64,000 nucleotides of DNA from Candidatus Binatus sp. (GTDB taxonomy: Bacteria; Desulfobacterota; Binatia; Binatales; Binataceae): NCBI RefSeq assembly GCF_050013435.1, contig NZ_JBEKFG010000010.1:8316-72315 (forward strand). The letters run 5' to 3'. Of this stretch, positions 1 to 10,883 are shown piece after piece. Positions within the stretch are counted from its first letter, which is position 1; each line of letters opens with the position of its first letter. Both the position numbers and the translations under genes were made by a program. The notes beneath the pieces were generated by a model. That model did not search any database. It had not been told where the DNA came from and saw only the letters and a list, made by a program, of their open reading frames with translations.

Positions 1-1104
1 GCCGGCCAGCGGCGGCCGCGTTATCCTGCCCGGCGTCGCCTCGAGCTTGGCGGCCAGCCCGGTGGTCAGGTACTCGCCGAGTTCGGGATGCGGCATCCGA
101 AGCAGCATCGCGCGCGCGGCGGTCTGCGGATGCTTGAACATTTCTTCGACGGTGAGGATCGGCCCCGACGGGATGCCCTCGCGGTTGAACAATTGAATCC
201 AATGCTCGGCGGGATGCGCGGCGAGCGCGCGATTTATTTCCAGGGTCAACGCGTCGCGATTTTTGAGCCGCCGCCCGCTGCTGTTGAATCGCTCGTCGGC
301 GGCGAGTTCCGGGCGTCCAATCGCGGCGACGAGATGTTGCCACATCGTCTCGTTCCCGCATGCGATATTGAACGGCCGATCGGACGCCTGGAACGTGCCG
401 TACGGCGATATCAGCGGATGATGGTTGCCGGCGGGCGCGGGAGTCACCCCGGTTTCGAAATAAATTCCCGCCGACCAGGTCAGGATGCTGACGATGGATT
501 CGAGCAAGGAGGTCTCGACGCGCTGGCCGCGGCCGTCGCGATGGCGCGCCTGAAGCGCGAGCAGGATGCCTTGGGCGGAAAAAATTCCGCCGAGCAGATC
601 GCAGATGGCGATGCCGACGCGGGTCGGCCCGCTCTCGGCGGTCCCGGTCACGCTCATCAGTCCCGACATCCCCTGCGCTATCTGATCGAAGCCGGGGAAA
701 TCGCGCATCGGCCCGGTGGAACCGAAGCCCGAGATGGAGCAGGTGATGATGCGCGGATTGCGTGCCGCGAGCGTTTCGTAGTCCAGATCGAGCGCTTGCA
801 TGACGCCGGGCCGGAAGTTGTCCACGACCACGTCGGCGGCGTCGATCAGGCGCATCAGGATTTCGCGGCCCTCGGGTTTTTTGATGGCGACTCTTAAACT
901 TTTCTTGGAACGATTGGCGGAGAGAAAGAAGTAGTTGTCGGGACCCTTGCTGGCGCCCAGTTCGCCGCGGGGATTTTCGACCGGTTCGATCTTGAAAATC
1001 TCGGCGCCGTAATCGCCGAGGATTTGCGTGCAGAACGGACCGGCGAAATACCTGGTCAGATCGACAACTTTTATTCCCGCCAGCGGGGGTGGCTGTTCGG
1101 CCAT
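1..1104 (-). CDS. Family III CoA-transferase (CaiB/BaiF type), partial; C-terminus lies beyond the left window edge
   Basis: Absent from the ORF track because it is open at the window edge. Reverse-strand reading from the ATG at 1104..1102 gives MAEQPPPLAGIKVVDLTRYFAGPFCTQILGDYGAEIFKIEPV...ANRSKKSL...ADVVVDNFRPGV...GFDQIAQGMSGLMSVTG, the typical family III CoA-transferase pattern. The 88..897 plus-strand ORF is its antisense shadow. Confidence 0.85.
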   Translation of the reverse strand, partial: MAEQPPPLAGIKVVDLTRYFAGPFCTQILGDYGAEIFKIEPVENPRGELGASKGPDNYFFLSANRSKKSLRVAIKKPEGREILMRLIDAADVVVDNFRPGVMQALDLDYETLAARNPRIITCSISGFGSTGPMRDFPGFDQIAQGMSGLMSVTGTAESGPTRVGIAICDLLGGIFSAQGILLALQARHRDGRGQRVETSLLESIVSILTWSAGIYFETGVTPAPAGNHHPLISPYGTFQASDRPFNIACGNETMWQHLVAAIGRPELAADERFNSSGRRLKNRDALTLEINRALAAHPAEHWIQLFNREGIPSGPILTVEEMFKHPQTAARAMLLRMPHPELGEYLTTGLAAKLEATPGRITRPPLAG

Positions 1105-1190
1105 GGGGGTAAACTTACTCGAAACTTCCATGGCGGAGCTACGTCTAAGAGAGGCACTAGTGTGTGTTAGTTTTGGTATTTCGTATTTCG

Positions 1191-1218
1191 TTGGAAACCA
1201 ATGAACGATGGTTATAAT
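1191..1218 (+). promoter_or_regulatory. sigma70-like promoter candidate for the efflux operon
   Basis: TTGGAA (1191-1196), 16 nt spacer, TATAAT (1213-1218). It ends 15 nt before the ATG at 1234, so the leader would be very short. Confidence 0.4.
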
Positions 1219-1233
1219 GATTGAGCATCACCC

Positions 1234-2472
1234 ATGAAATTGTCCAGTATGAAAAATAGCGCGTGGATGCTCGCGATCGCCGCGATCATCGCAGTCGCAG
1301 GGGCCTGGTATTTCTTCGGCCGGAGTTCGTCCGGGATGCGGATCGTTACCGCCAAGGCCACCGAAGGGCCGATCGTGCGGTCGGTCACCGCGACCGGGAC
1401 GGTCAATCCGGTCATCGTGGTGCAACTCGGCACTTACGTGTCGGGACCGATCACCGCAATTTACAAAGACTACAACGCGGCGGTGAAAAAAGGGGAGCTA
1501 ATCGCGAAAATTGACCCGCGGCCCTACCAGGTCACGGTCGATATTGCGCACGCGACGCTGGCGAACTCGATAGCGCAACTGGGCAAGGATAGCGCCGACC
1601 TCGCGTACAAGAAAGTCACCTACGAGCGCAACCTGGAGCTGTTCAAGGACGAGTCGGTCTCGAAAGACACGCTGGATTCGTCGTACAGCGCGTGGCAGGA
1701 GGACATCGCACAGGTCAACCTCGATCACGCCAACATCCAGCAGCAAACGGCCAACGTGAAGGCGGCCGAGTTGAACCTGAATTACACCAATATCGTGTCG
1801 CCGGTTGACGGCACGGTGGTCTCGCGCAACGTGGACGTGGGGCAGACCGTGGCGGCGAGCTTTCAGACGCCGACGCTGTTTCTGATCGCGCAGGACCTGA
1901 CCAAGATGCAGGTGGACTCGAACGCCAGCGAGTCCGATATCGGCTACGTCAAGGAAGGGCAGAAGGCCACGTTTCGGGTGGATGCGTTTCCCGATCGCGA
2001 TTTCGAAGGCGTGGTTGCCCAAGTTCGGCAGGCGCCGATCACGGTTCAGAACGTGGTGACCTACGACGTGGTGGTAAGCGTGGAAAATCCCGAACTGCTG
2101 CTCAAGCCCGGGATGACGGCCAATGTGATCATCGTGACGGCGTCAAAAGCCAAGGTGGTGCGGGTTCCGATCGACGCGCTGCGCTTTGCGCCGCCGGGAG
2201 AGCCGCCGGCGAATTCCGCCGCGCTGGATGGAGCGCCAGGCCAGCAGACTCGAGTCTGGGTTTTCGAGAATGGCAAAGTCACACCGGTCACGATCACCAC
2301 CGGGCTCAGCGACGGAACCTGGGTCGAAGTCGCCCAGGGCGACGTGCAAGCGGGCGAACGCGTGGTGACGGACGAAGTGCGCAGTGCGGGATCGCATGGC
2401 GGGGGAGGGTCGCACAGCGGCGGCAGCGCCGGGACCGGTCCGGTGGGCGGAATGGTGCACATGCCCCACTAG
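1234..2472 (+). CDS. macA: Periplasmic adaptor / membrane fusion protein (HlyD/MacA family)
   Basis: N-terminal TM helix AWMLAIAAIIAVAGAWYFF, a coiled-coil hairpin region, and the barrel-sandwich motif NYTNIVSPVDGTVVSRNVDVGQTV. It lies 17 nt upstream of a MacB-type gene. The Gly/Ser/His-rich C-terminal tail is atypical. Confidence 0.75.
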   Translation: MKLSSMKNSAWMLAIAAIIAVAGAWYFFGRSSSGMRIVTAKATEGPIVRSVTATGTVNPVIVVQLGTYVSGPITAIYKDYNAAVKKGELIAKIDPRPYQVTVDIAHATLANSIAQLGKDSADLAYKKVTYERNLELFKDESVSKDTLDSSYSAWQEDIAQVNLDHANIQQQTANVKAAELNLNYTNIVSPVDGTVVSRNVDVGQTVAASFQTPTLFLIAQDLTKMQVDSNASESDIGYVKEGQKATFRVDAFPDRDFEGVVAQVRQAPITVQNVVTYDVVVSVENPELLLKPGMTANVIIVTASKAKVVRVPIDALRFAPPGEPPANSAALDGAPGQQTRVWVFENGKVTPVTITTGLSDGTWVEVAQGDVQAGERVVTDEVRSAGSHGGGGSHSGGSAGTGPVGGMVHMPH

Positions 2473-2489
2473 CCGCGGGCGGTCATCCG

Positions 2490-4631
<2,142 letters not shown>

Positions 4632-4700
4632 TTCAGGAGCGATGACGCTTCCGGGCATTGCCTGCCCGGGCAGGACGCCCCGGAGCGTGAGCGCTCGCGC

Positions 4701-4765
4701 ATCGACATTAGTGAGGTGGGCAGAGATTTCTCACCTGCGGCGCGATGGTAAAGGCTACTCCGTAA
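4701..4765 (+). pseudogene. Decayed 3' remnant of a fourth DUF1329-type gene copy
   Basis: atcgacat...gagatttc...gcgatggtaaaggctactccgtaagcgaatta aligns with the last ~65 nt plus stop of the intact copies (atcaacat...ggatttc...gcgatggtggcctcagctccgtaagcgaatta at 6211-6283). The same downstream intergenic cassette follows it. Confidence 0.5.
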
Positions 4766-4816
4766 GCGAATTAACCAGATAAATCAGGGGCTTAACGCCA
4801 ATCCAATATCTCGAAT

Positions 4817-4857
4817 GGGGCGATGCAGCAAAATAGCTGCGCCGCTCCGCGCTTTTT
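4817..4857 (+). terminator. Degenerate copy of the unit terminator hairpin
   Basis: ggggcgatgcagc-aaaat-agctgcgccgctcc followed by gcgcttttt. It has more mismatches than the copies at 6328 and 7831. Confidence 0.35.
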
Positions 4858-4917
4858 GTCGTCGACAAATCAGCCTGTAGAGTTAACGAACAATGGAATA
4901 AAATGAGAAAGATATAC

Positions 4918-4946
4918 TTGACTTCAGAAAATCCTGAGATTATGAA
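4918..4946 (+). promoter_or_regulatory. Promoter-like box of DUF1329 copy 1
   Basis: TTGACT (4918-4923), 17 nt spacer, TATGAA (4941-4946), then the RBS-like aggagac ~8 nt before the ATG at 4981. The same box is conserved upstream of copy 2. Confidence 0.4.
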
Positions 4947-4980
4947 TTAGAGCTCTAAAGACTGATAGGAGACTAGATTA

Positions 4981-6276
4981 ATGGTCAAACATGCTTTGAG
5001 GAAGATATTGCTGAGCATGGGGATGTTAATGCTGTTATGTCTTTTCGTGGCTTCAGCCAATGCGATAGTGAAGCCAGGCGACGTCATAACACCCGAAAAC
5101 GCAGCGCAGGTGAAAGACCTGGTTTCGCCCGGGGTGTATTACGAAGTGACTCATGGAATGCACATGGATATCGTCCCGACCCAGCAGATCGATTGGCCGC
5201 CGCCTTACCGGGAGGCGACAGAAAAGTATTCCTCGCAGGTGCGGCTCTCAAACGATCATCGCAGTCTGATCGGCTATGTCGCCGGCCAGCCGTTTCCGCT
5301 GATCGATCCGAACGACCCTTATGTGGCGACGAAAATCGCATGGAACAATGTGTGGCGGCCCATCACGACTGATGACTACGACCTGCGCTTCTTCGATTGC
5401 CAGAGCCAGTACGTCCGTCCGGGCCAGGACCAGAATATAGTTCTGGATCTGGAGATCGGCCATTACGCCGGATACAACCTCTTCGGACGAGTCGAGGTCG
5501 AGCCGATGCCGGTCGATCCGGATTTCAAGCAGTCGGGGCGCATGTGGTTGTTCGGTCTGTACCCTTTTCTTTCGCCGGAGGCCCAGCGCGGCCAAGGCCT
5601 GATCCGCTATCGCTACGAGGATCCGAACCGTGGCGACGACGCCTGGGATTGGCAGCCCGGCACCCGTCGTGTGCGGCGCCTGAACGAGGCGATAAACAGC
5701 AGCGCGACGGGAGCGCAGACCTTCGATCCCGACCACTTCGCGGGCTTCAACCCCAAGACCGAGCAGTACACCTACAAGTTCCTGGGTGAGAGGCAGATGC
5801 TCGCGAGCGCGCATGCGCAACATTCGCCCGAAGATACTTGCCCCTACGATGGCGGTGCGACCGCATGCCCCGAGGCTTGGGAAATGCGCCACCTGTACAT
5901 CGTCGAGGCGACACCGCGGCGCGATATCGGCGAGGCCGGCAGCGCGCTCGACAAGTACACCGACATCTATGTGGACACCGAATTAACATACGAGCCGTAC
6001 ATCGACACCTACGACCAGAAGGGCCATTTGTGGCGCTCGCACATCTACTGGCTGGCCTATCGTGACCGCCCGGTGCCGGATGCCCGCGTGGCGATCTATC
6101 CGTTCAAGCGGGAGTTCGTGGTGGGTTCGGCTTCGATCGACGTGCAGGGAAACTACTCGTCAATGTGTTACCTGCCCGGCCAGCACACGCCTGAGCGCGA
6201 ATGCTGGTACATCAACATGGGGGCCGTCGACAAGGATTTCATCTCGGTGAAAGCGATGGTGGCCTCAGCTCCGTAA
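4981..6276 (+). CDS. DUF1329-like secreted protein (LolA-like fold family), paralogue 1
   Basis: 431 aa. Signal peptide ...LLCLFVASANA. The N-terminal pattern KPGDVITPENAAQVKDLVSPGVYYEV matches what I recall for DUF1329 proteins. It is one of three near-identical tandem paralogues. Confidence 0.65.
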   Translation: MVKHALRKILLSMGMLMLLCLFVASANAIVKPGDVITPENAAQVKDLVSPGVYYEVTHGMHMDIVPTQQIDWPPPYREATEKYSSQVRLSNDHRSLIGYVAGQPFPLIDPNDPYVATKIAWNNVWRPITTDDYDLRFFDCQSQYVRPGQDQNIVLDLEIGHYAGYNLFGRVEVEPMPVDPDFKQSGRMWLFGLYPFLSPEAQRGQGLIRYRYEDPNRGDDAWDWQPGTRRVRRLNEAINSSATGAQTFDPDHFAGFNPKTEQYTYKFLGERQMLASAHAQHSPEDTCPYDGGATACPEAWEMRHLYIVEATPRRDIGEAGSALDKYTDIYVDTELTYEPYIDTYDQKGHLWRSHIYWLAYRDRPVPDARVAIYPFKREFVVGSASIDVQGNYSSMCYLPGQHTPERECWYINMGAVDKDFISVKAMVASAP

Positions 6277-6327
6277 GCGAATTACCCAGAAAATTCAGGG
6301 GCTTAACGCCCCTCCAATATCTCGAAT

Positions 6328-6368
6328 GGGGCGGTGCAGCAAAAAGCTGTGCCGCCCCACGCTTTTTA
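6328..6368 (+). terminator. Intrinsic terminator after DUF1329 copy 1
   Basis: ggggcggtgcagc (6328-6340), loop aaaaa, gctgtgccgcccc (6346-6358), then acgcttttta. A small hairpin aggggc-ttaac-gcccct precedes it. Confidence 0.65.
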
Positions 6369-6427
6369 CCGTCGATAGATCAACCGGTAGAGTTAAGGAA
6401 CAATTTGATAATACGAAGAGGAAATGC

Positions 6428-6456
6428 TTGACTTCAGAAAATCCTGCGACTATCAA
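6428..6456 (+). promoter_or_regulatory. Promoter-like box of DUF1329 copy 2
   Basis: TTGACT (6428-6433), 17 nt spacer, TATCAA (6451-6456), then the RBS-like aggagac before the ATG at 6491. Confidence 0.4.
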
Positions 6457-6490
6457 TTAGGATTCTAAAGATGGACAGGAGACTAAACTA

Positions 6491-7780
6491 ATGGCCAAGC
6501 ATGCTTTGGGGAAGAGATTGCTGGGCGTGGGGATGTTAATGCTGTTATGTCTTTTCGTGGCTTCAGCAAATGCAGCAGTGAAGCCAGGGGATAGCATAAC
6601 ACCCGAAAACGCGGCGCAGGTGAAAGATCTGGTTTCGCCCGGCGTGTATTACGCAGTAACTCACGGAATGCACATGGACATCGTCGCGCCGGAGCGGATC
6701 GACTGGCCGCCGCCTTACCGGGAGGCGACAGAAAAATATTCCACGCAGGTGCGGCTCACCAACGATCATCGCAGCCTGATCGGCTACGTCGCCGGCCAGC
6801 CGTTTCCGCTGATCGATCCGAACGACCCCTACGTGGCGACGAAGATCATCTGGAACAACGTGTGGCGACCCATCCAGACCGATGACTATGACCTGCGCTT
6901 CTTCGATTGCCAGAGCCAGTACGTTCGTCCGGGCCAGGACCAGAACATGATCGCCGATCTCGAGATCGGTCATTACGCCGGATATAACCTCTTCGGACGG
7001 ACCGAAGTCGAGCCGATGCCGGTCGATCCGGAGTTCAGGCAGTCGGGGCGCACCTGGTTGTTCGCTGAGTACCCGGTGCTTGCGCCGGAGAACATGCGCG
7101 GACAAGGAATAATCCGCTATCGCTACATGGAGCCGAGCCGCGGCGACGACAGCTGGGATTGGCAGCCCGGCACCCGTCGTGTGCGGCGCCTGAACGAGGC
7201 GATTCTCTCCAGCTCGACAAATGTGGTGACCTTCGATCCTGACCACTATTCAGGCTTCAACCCCAAGACCGAGCAGTACAACTACAAGTTTTTGGGCGAC
7301 AAGCAGATGCTCGCGACCGTGCATGCGCAGCATTCGCCCGAAAACACTTGCCCCTACGATGGCGGTGCGACCGCATGCCCGGAGGCTTGGGAGATGCGCC
7401 ACCTGTACATCATCCAGGCGGTACCCCGGCGCGATGTGCACGTGAATGCGCTCGAGAAGCTGGCCGACGTCTATGTGGATGCCGAACTGGATTTCCAGCC
7501 GTATATCGACACCTACGACCAGAGTGGTCACTTGTGGCGCGCGCACATCTTCTGGCTGGCCTATCGCGACCGCCCGGTGCCGGATGCCCGCGTGGCGATC
7601 TACCCGTTCAAGCGGGAGTTCGTAGTCGGTGCGGCTGCGATCGACGTGCAGGGTAACTACTCGTCAATGTGTTACCTGCCCGGCCAGCACTCGCCTGAAC
7701 ACGAATGCTGGTACATCAACATGGGGGCAGTCGACAAGGAATTCTGCTCGGTGAAATCGATGGTCGCTTCAGCACCTTAA
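6491..7780 (+). CDS. DUF1329-like secreted protein, paralogue 2
   Basis: 429 aa with the same signal peptide and architecture as 4981..6276. Identity by eye is roughly 85%. Confidence 0.65.
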   Translation: MAKHALGKRLLGVGMLMLLCLFVASANAAVKPGDSITPENAAQVKDLVSPGVYYAVTHGMHMDIVAPERIDWPPPYREATEKYSTQVRLTNDHRSLIGYVAGQPFPLIDPNDPYVATKIIWNNVWRPIQTDDYDLRFFDCQSQYVRPGQDQNMIADLEIGHYAGYNLFGRTEVEPMPVDPEFRQSGRTWLFAEYPVLAPENMRGQGIIRYRYMEPSRGDDSWDWQPGTRRVRRLNEAILSSSTNVVTFDPDHYSGFNPKTEQYNYKFLGDKQMLATVHAQHSPENTCPYDGGATACPEAWEMRHLYIIQAVPRRDVHVNALEKLADVYVDAELDFQPYIDTYDQSGHLWRAHIFWLAYRDRPVPDARVAIYPFKREFVVGAAAIDVQGNYSSMCYLPGQHSPEHECWYINMGAVDKEFCSVKSMVASAP

Positions 7781-7830
7781 GCGAGTCAATCCGATAAATC
7801 AGGGGCTTACGCCCCTCCAATAGCTCGAAC

Positions 7831-7870
7831 GGGGCGGTGCAGCGAAAAGCTGCGCCGCCCCGCGCTTTTC
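7831..7870 (+). terminator. Intrinsic terminator after DUF1329 copy 2
   Basis: ggggcggtgcagc (7831-7843), loop gaaaa, gctgcgccgcccc (7849-7861), then gcgcttttc. Confidence 0.6.
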
Positions 7871-8005
7871 TGCCGTCGGCAAATCAGACTAGATCAGTTT
7901 GTAGAATTAAGGAACAATCTGATAATATTCTGAGCCAGATACTTGATTTCAGAAAATTTCGCGACGCAGATTTAGAATTCTTAAGATGAAGGGGAGGTCA
8001 TACTA

Positions 8006-9301
8006 ATGGCCAGGCATGCTTTGGGGAAGATATTGCCGGGCGTGGGGACGTTAATGCTCTTATGTTTCATCGTGGCATCAGCAAATGCGGCAGTGAAGCC
8101 GGGTGACAGCATAACCCCCGAAAATTCAGCACAGGTCAAAGACCTGGTTTCGCCCGGGGTGTATTACGCAGTGACTCATGGAATGCACATGGACATTGTC
8201 GCACCGGAGCGGATCGAGTGGCCGCCGCCTTACCGGGAGGCGACAGAAAAATATTCGTCGCAGGTGCGGCTCACCAACGATCATCGCAGCCTGATCGGCT
8301 ACGTCGCCGGCCAGCCGTTTCCGCTGATCGATCCGAACGACCCTTATGTGGGGACGAAGGTCATCTGGAACAATGTGTGGCGACCCATCCAGAGCGATGA
8401 CTACGACCTGCGCTTCTTCGATTGCCAGAGCCAGTACGTTCGTCCGGGCCAGGACCAGAACATGATCGCCGACTTCGAGATCGGTCATTACGCCGGATAC
8501 AACCTCTTCGGACGGACCGAAGTGGAGCCGATCCCGGTCGATCCGGACTTCAAGCAATCGGGGCGCATGTGGTTGTTCGCTGAGTACCCGGTGCTTTCAC
8601 CGGAGAACATGCGCGGAAACGGAATAATCCGCTATCGCTACATGGAGCCGAAACGCGGCGACGACAGCTGGGATTGGCAGCCCGGCACCCGTCGGGTACG
8701 GCGCCTGAACGAGGCAATTCTGTCCAGCGCCACGAATGCGTCGACCTTCGATCCTGACCACTATTCAGGCTTCAACCCCAAGACCGAGCAGTACAACTAC
8801 AAGTTTTTGGGCGACAAGCAGATGCTCGCGAGCGTGCATGCGGTGCATTCGCCCGAAAACACTTGCGCCTACGACGGCGGTGCGACCGCATGCCCCGAGG
8901 ATTGGGAGATGCGCCACGTTTACATCGTCGAGGCAACACCGCGGCGCGATATCGGCCAGGCAGGCAACGCGCTCGACAAATTGTCCAACGTCTATGTGGA
9001 CGCCGAACTGGGGTTTCAGCCGTACATCGACACCTACGACCGGAGTGGTCGTTTGTGGCGCGCGCACATCTACTGGCTGGCCTATCGTGACCGCCCGGTG
9101 CCCGATGCGCGCGTTGCGATTTACCCGTTCAAGCGGGAGTTCGTAGTCGGCGCGGCTGCGATCGACGTGCAGGGTAACTACTCGACAATGTGCTACCTGC
9201 CCGGCCAGCACACGCCTGAGCACGAATGCTGGTACATCAACATGGGGGCGATCGACAAGGATTTCTGCTCGGTGAAAGCGATGGTAGCCTCAGCACCGTA
9301 A
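8006..9301 (+). CDS. DUF1329-like secreted protein, paralogue 3
   Basis: 431 aa with signal peptide ...LLCFIVASANA, colinear with the other two copies. Confidence 0.65.
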   Translation: MARHALGKILPGVGTLMLLCFIVASANAAVKPGDSITPENSAQVKDLVSPGVYYAVTHGMHMDIVAPERIEWPPPYREATEKYSSQVRLTNDHRSLIGYVAGQPFPLIDPNDPYVGTKVIWNNVWRPIQSDDYDLRFFDCQSQYVRPGQDQNMIADFEIGHYAGYNLFGRTEVEPIPVDPDFKQSGRMWLFAEYPVLSPENMRGNGIIRYRYMEPKRGDDSWDWQPGTRRVRRLNEAILSSATNASTFDPDHYSGFNPKTEQYNYKFLGDKQMLASVHAVHSPENTCAYDGGATACPEDWEMRHVYIVEATPRRDIGQAGNALDKLSNVYVDAELGFQPYIDTYDRSGRLWRAHIYWLAYRDRPVPDARVAIYPFKREFVVGAAAIDVQGNYSTMCYLPGQHTPEHECWYINMGAIDKDFCSVKAMVASAP

Positions 9302-9339
9302 GCCCAGGCCTTAAGCAGCCTGATTGATTGCTGAAACAG

Positions 9340-9388
9340 GCGCGGAGCGAAACGGCCAGTCGCCGTGGCGCTCCGCGCTTTGGTTTTT
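9340..9388 (+). terminator. Terminator between the convergent DUF1329 copy 3 and ychF-like gene
   Basis: gcgcggagcg (9340-9349) pairs perfectly with cgctccgcgc (9369-9378) around a 19-nt loop, followed by tttggttttt. Confidence 0.55.
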
Positions 9389-9593
9389 CCACAGCGCGCT
9401 AAACTGAATAGTTTACATATGCCGGATCGCGGAATATATTTCGCGTATCGCGCGATTGCAGGCTTCGCACCCGGAGCGCGATCGCAGAAAAGGTCCCGTG
9501 TCCCAAGCCGGCGCGGATGCGCCTCGCAGGTCCAACGAGTCGCTCTGCGCCGGCAACTTTCCCGCCGCATCAGCGCATCGCCGCGTATCCGAG

Positions 9594-10640
9594 TCAGACT
9601 TTGAAGCGGATGTGAATCATATCGCCGTCGCGCATCACGTAGTCGCGGCCCTCGAGTCTGAGCTTGCCGGCCTCTTTGACCTTCGCGTCGGACTTGTGGA
9701 TGGCAAAATCCTCGTAGCTGACAACTTCGGCCCGGATGAATCCGCGCGCGATGTCTGTGTGGATTACGCCGGCGGCATCGAGCGCCGACTCGCCGCGCCG
9801 CAGCGGCCATGCATGCGCCTCCGGCTCGCCGGCGGTGTAGAAAGTGATCAACCCGAGATGATTGTAGAGCGCGCCGATCAGCCGATCGCGCGCGGGCGCG
9901 TCGAGTCCCGCGTCTTTTAGCATCTCCCTTTGGCCGGCCTCGTCGAGTTCCCACAATTCCGACTCGAAGGCGGCCGCCAGCCTGAACACCTCGAGGCCGT
10001 GCGCGCGCACGGCGGCGCGCTCGGCGTCGGTGACATCGGCGGCGGCGCGTTCCATCTCGCAGTTGACGGTGACCAGCGCGGGCTTTCGCGAAAGAAACCC
10101 GAAGCTCGAAAATGCCTGGCTCTCCTGCGCCGTCAGCTCGAGCAGTCTCAGCGCCTTGCCGTCGCCGAGCCATGCGATCACTTTCTCGAGCGCCGCGCGT
10201 TCGAAGTCGCTGCCGCCCTTCTCCTTCTTCAGCCGCTCGAGGCGGCGTTCGGCTTGATCGAAGTCGGCGAACACCAGCTCGCCCTCGATACTTTCGAGCG
10301 TCGCGACCAGATCTTTTTCCATGCCGGCGAATTGCGGAATCACGATCAGCAGCGCGTCCATGTCGCGCACCAGCGGCAGCAGACTCGGATCGAGCGCAGC
10401 GCCTTCCTTCTGCTCTTTGGGATTTGGCGCGAAGTCGAGAATGGTGAGCTCGACCGGAATCTTTTTCTTCGAACCGTACGCCGATTCAAGAAAATCAAGC
10501 CGCGGATCCGCGAGCTTGATTTGTCCCGGGCGCGCACGATTGCGGCCCTCGGCCGTGCCCGCAATCGGCGCGAGTCCCGTCAGTGCGTGAAATACGGTTG
10601 ATTTCCCGGCGCCGCGTGCGCCGATGATCCCGGTCTTCAA
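9594..10640 (-). CDS. ychF: YchF/Obg-like ribosome-binding ATPase
   Basis: P-loop GARGAGKSTVFHALTG at the N-terminus (TTG start). The C-terminal domain ITFYTAGEPEAHAWPLRRGESALDAAGVIHTDIARGFIRAEVVSYEDF matches the YchF C-terminal pattern. Confidence 0.75.
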   Translation of the reverse strand: MKTGIIGARGAGKSTVFHALTGLAPIAGTAEGRNRARPGQIKLADPRLDFLESAYGSKKKIPVELTILDFAPNPKEQKEGAALDPSLLPLVRDMDALLIVIPQFAGMEKDLVATLESIEGELVFADFDQAERRLERLKKEKGGSDFERAALEKVIAWLGDGKALRLLELTAQESQAFSSFGFLSRKPALVTVNCEMERAAADVTDAERAAVRAHGLEVFRLAAAFESELWELDEAGQREMLKDAGLDAPARDRLIGALYNHLGLITFYTAGEPEAHAWPLRRGESALDAAGVIHTDIARGFIRAEVVSYEDFAIHKSDAKVKEAGKLRLEGRDYVMRDGDMIHIRFKV

Positions 10641-10783
10641 TTCATTCCACCTCGATCTTGGGGATTCTACACCACCGCAATTCGGGAGTAAGCCCTTCGC
10701 GGATCGGCGTTGACCAGAGTCTTTCTCACCAGCGCCGGCTTCGCTAATCTGCTATTCCCGTCTGCGGAGCAGCGCGATGGAGA

Positions 10784-10859
10784 GCCACCCTAGCTCAGTT
10801 GGTAGAGCAGCTGATTCGTAATCAGCAGGTCGCCGGTTCGAATCCGGCGGGTGGCTCCA
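10784..10859 (+). tRNA. tRNA-Thr (anticodon CGT), CCA encoded
   Basis: Cloverleaf by hand: acceptor gccaccc/gggtggc, D-arm tagctcagttggtagagc, anticodon stem gctga/tcagc with loop ttCGTaa, T-arm gccggttcgaatccggc, then 3' t-cca. Confidence 0.9.
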
Positions 10860-10883
10860 AACAAAGCGGCGCAGGAGGATCGG

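Larger units (their letters stand above)
4701..9301 (+). repeat. Tandem array of a ~1.51 kb unit (intergenic cassette + DUF1329-like CDS): 3 full copies plus one 3' relic
   Basis: Stop codons sit at 4763-65 (relic), 6274-76, 7778-80 and 9299-9301, giving unit lengths of 1511, 1504 and 1521 bp. The coding and intergenic parts are both visibly conserved between units. Confidence 0.9.

Noticed and set aside
88-897. 269 aa plus-strand ORF at the left edge
   Set aside because: It lies antisense to a clearly recognisable family III CoA-transferase gene (1..1104, minus strand). It is Arg/Gly/Ala-rich with no motif, which is the typical high-GC shadow ORF.
9193-10173. 326 aa Arg-rich minus-strand ORF and overlapping plus-strand ORFs around the ychF-like gene
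   Set aside because: These are alternative frames of the YchF-like gene region. Their extreme Arg/Ala content and lack of motifs mean that only the 9594..10640 frame gives a P-loop and a YchF C-terminal domain.
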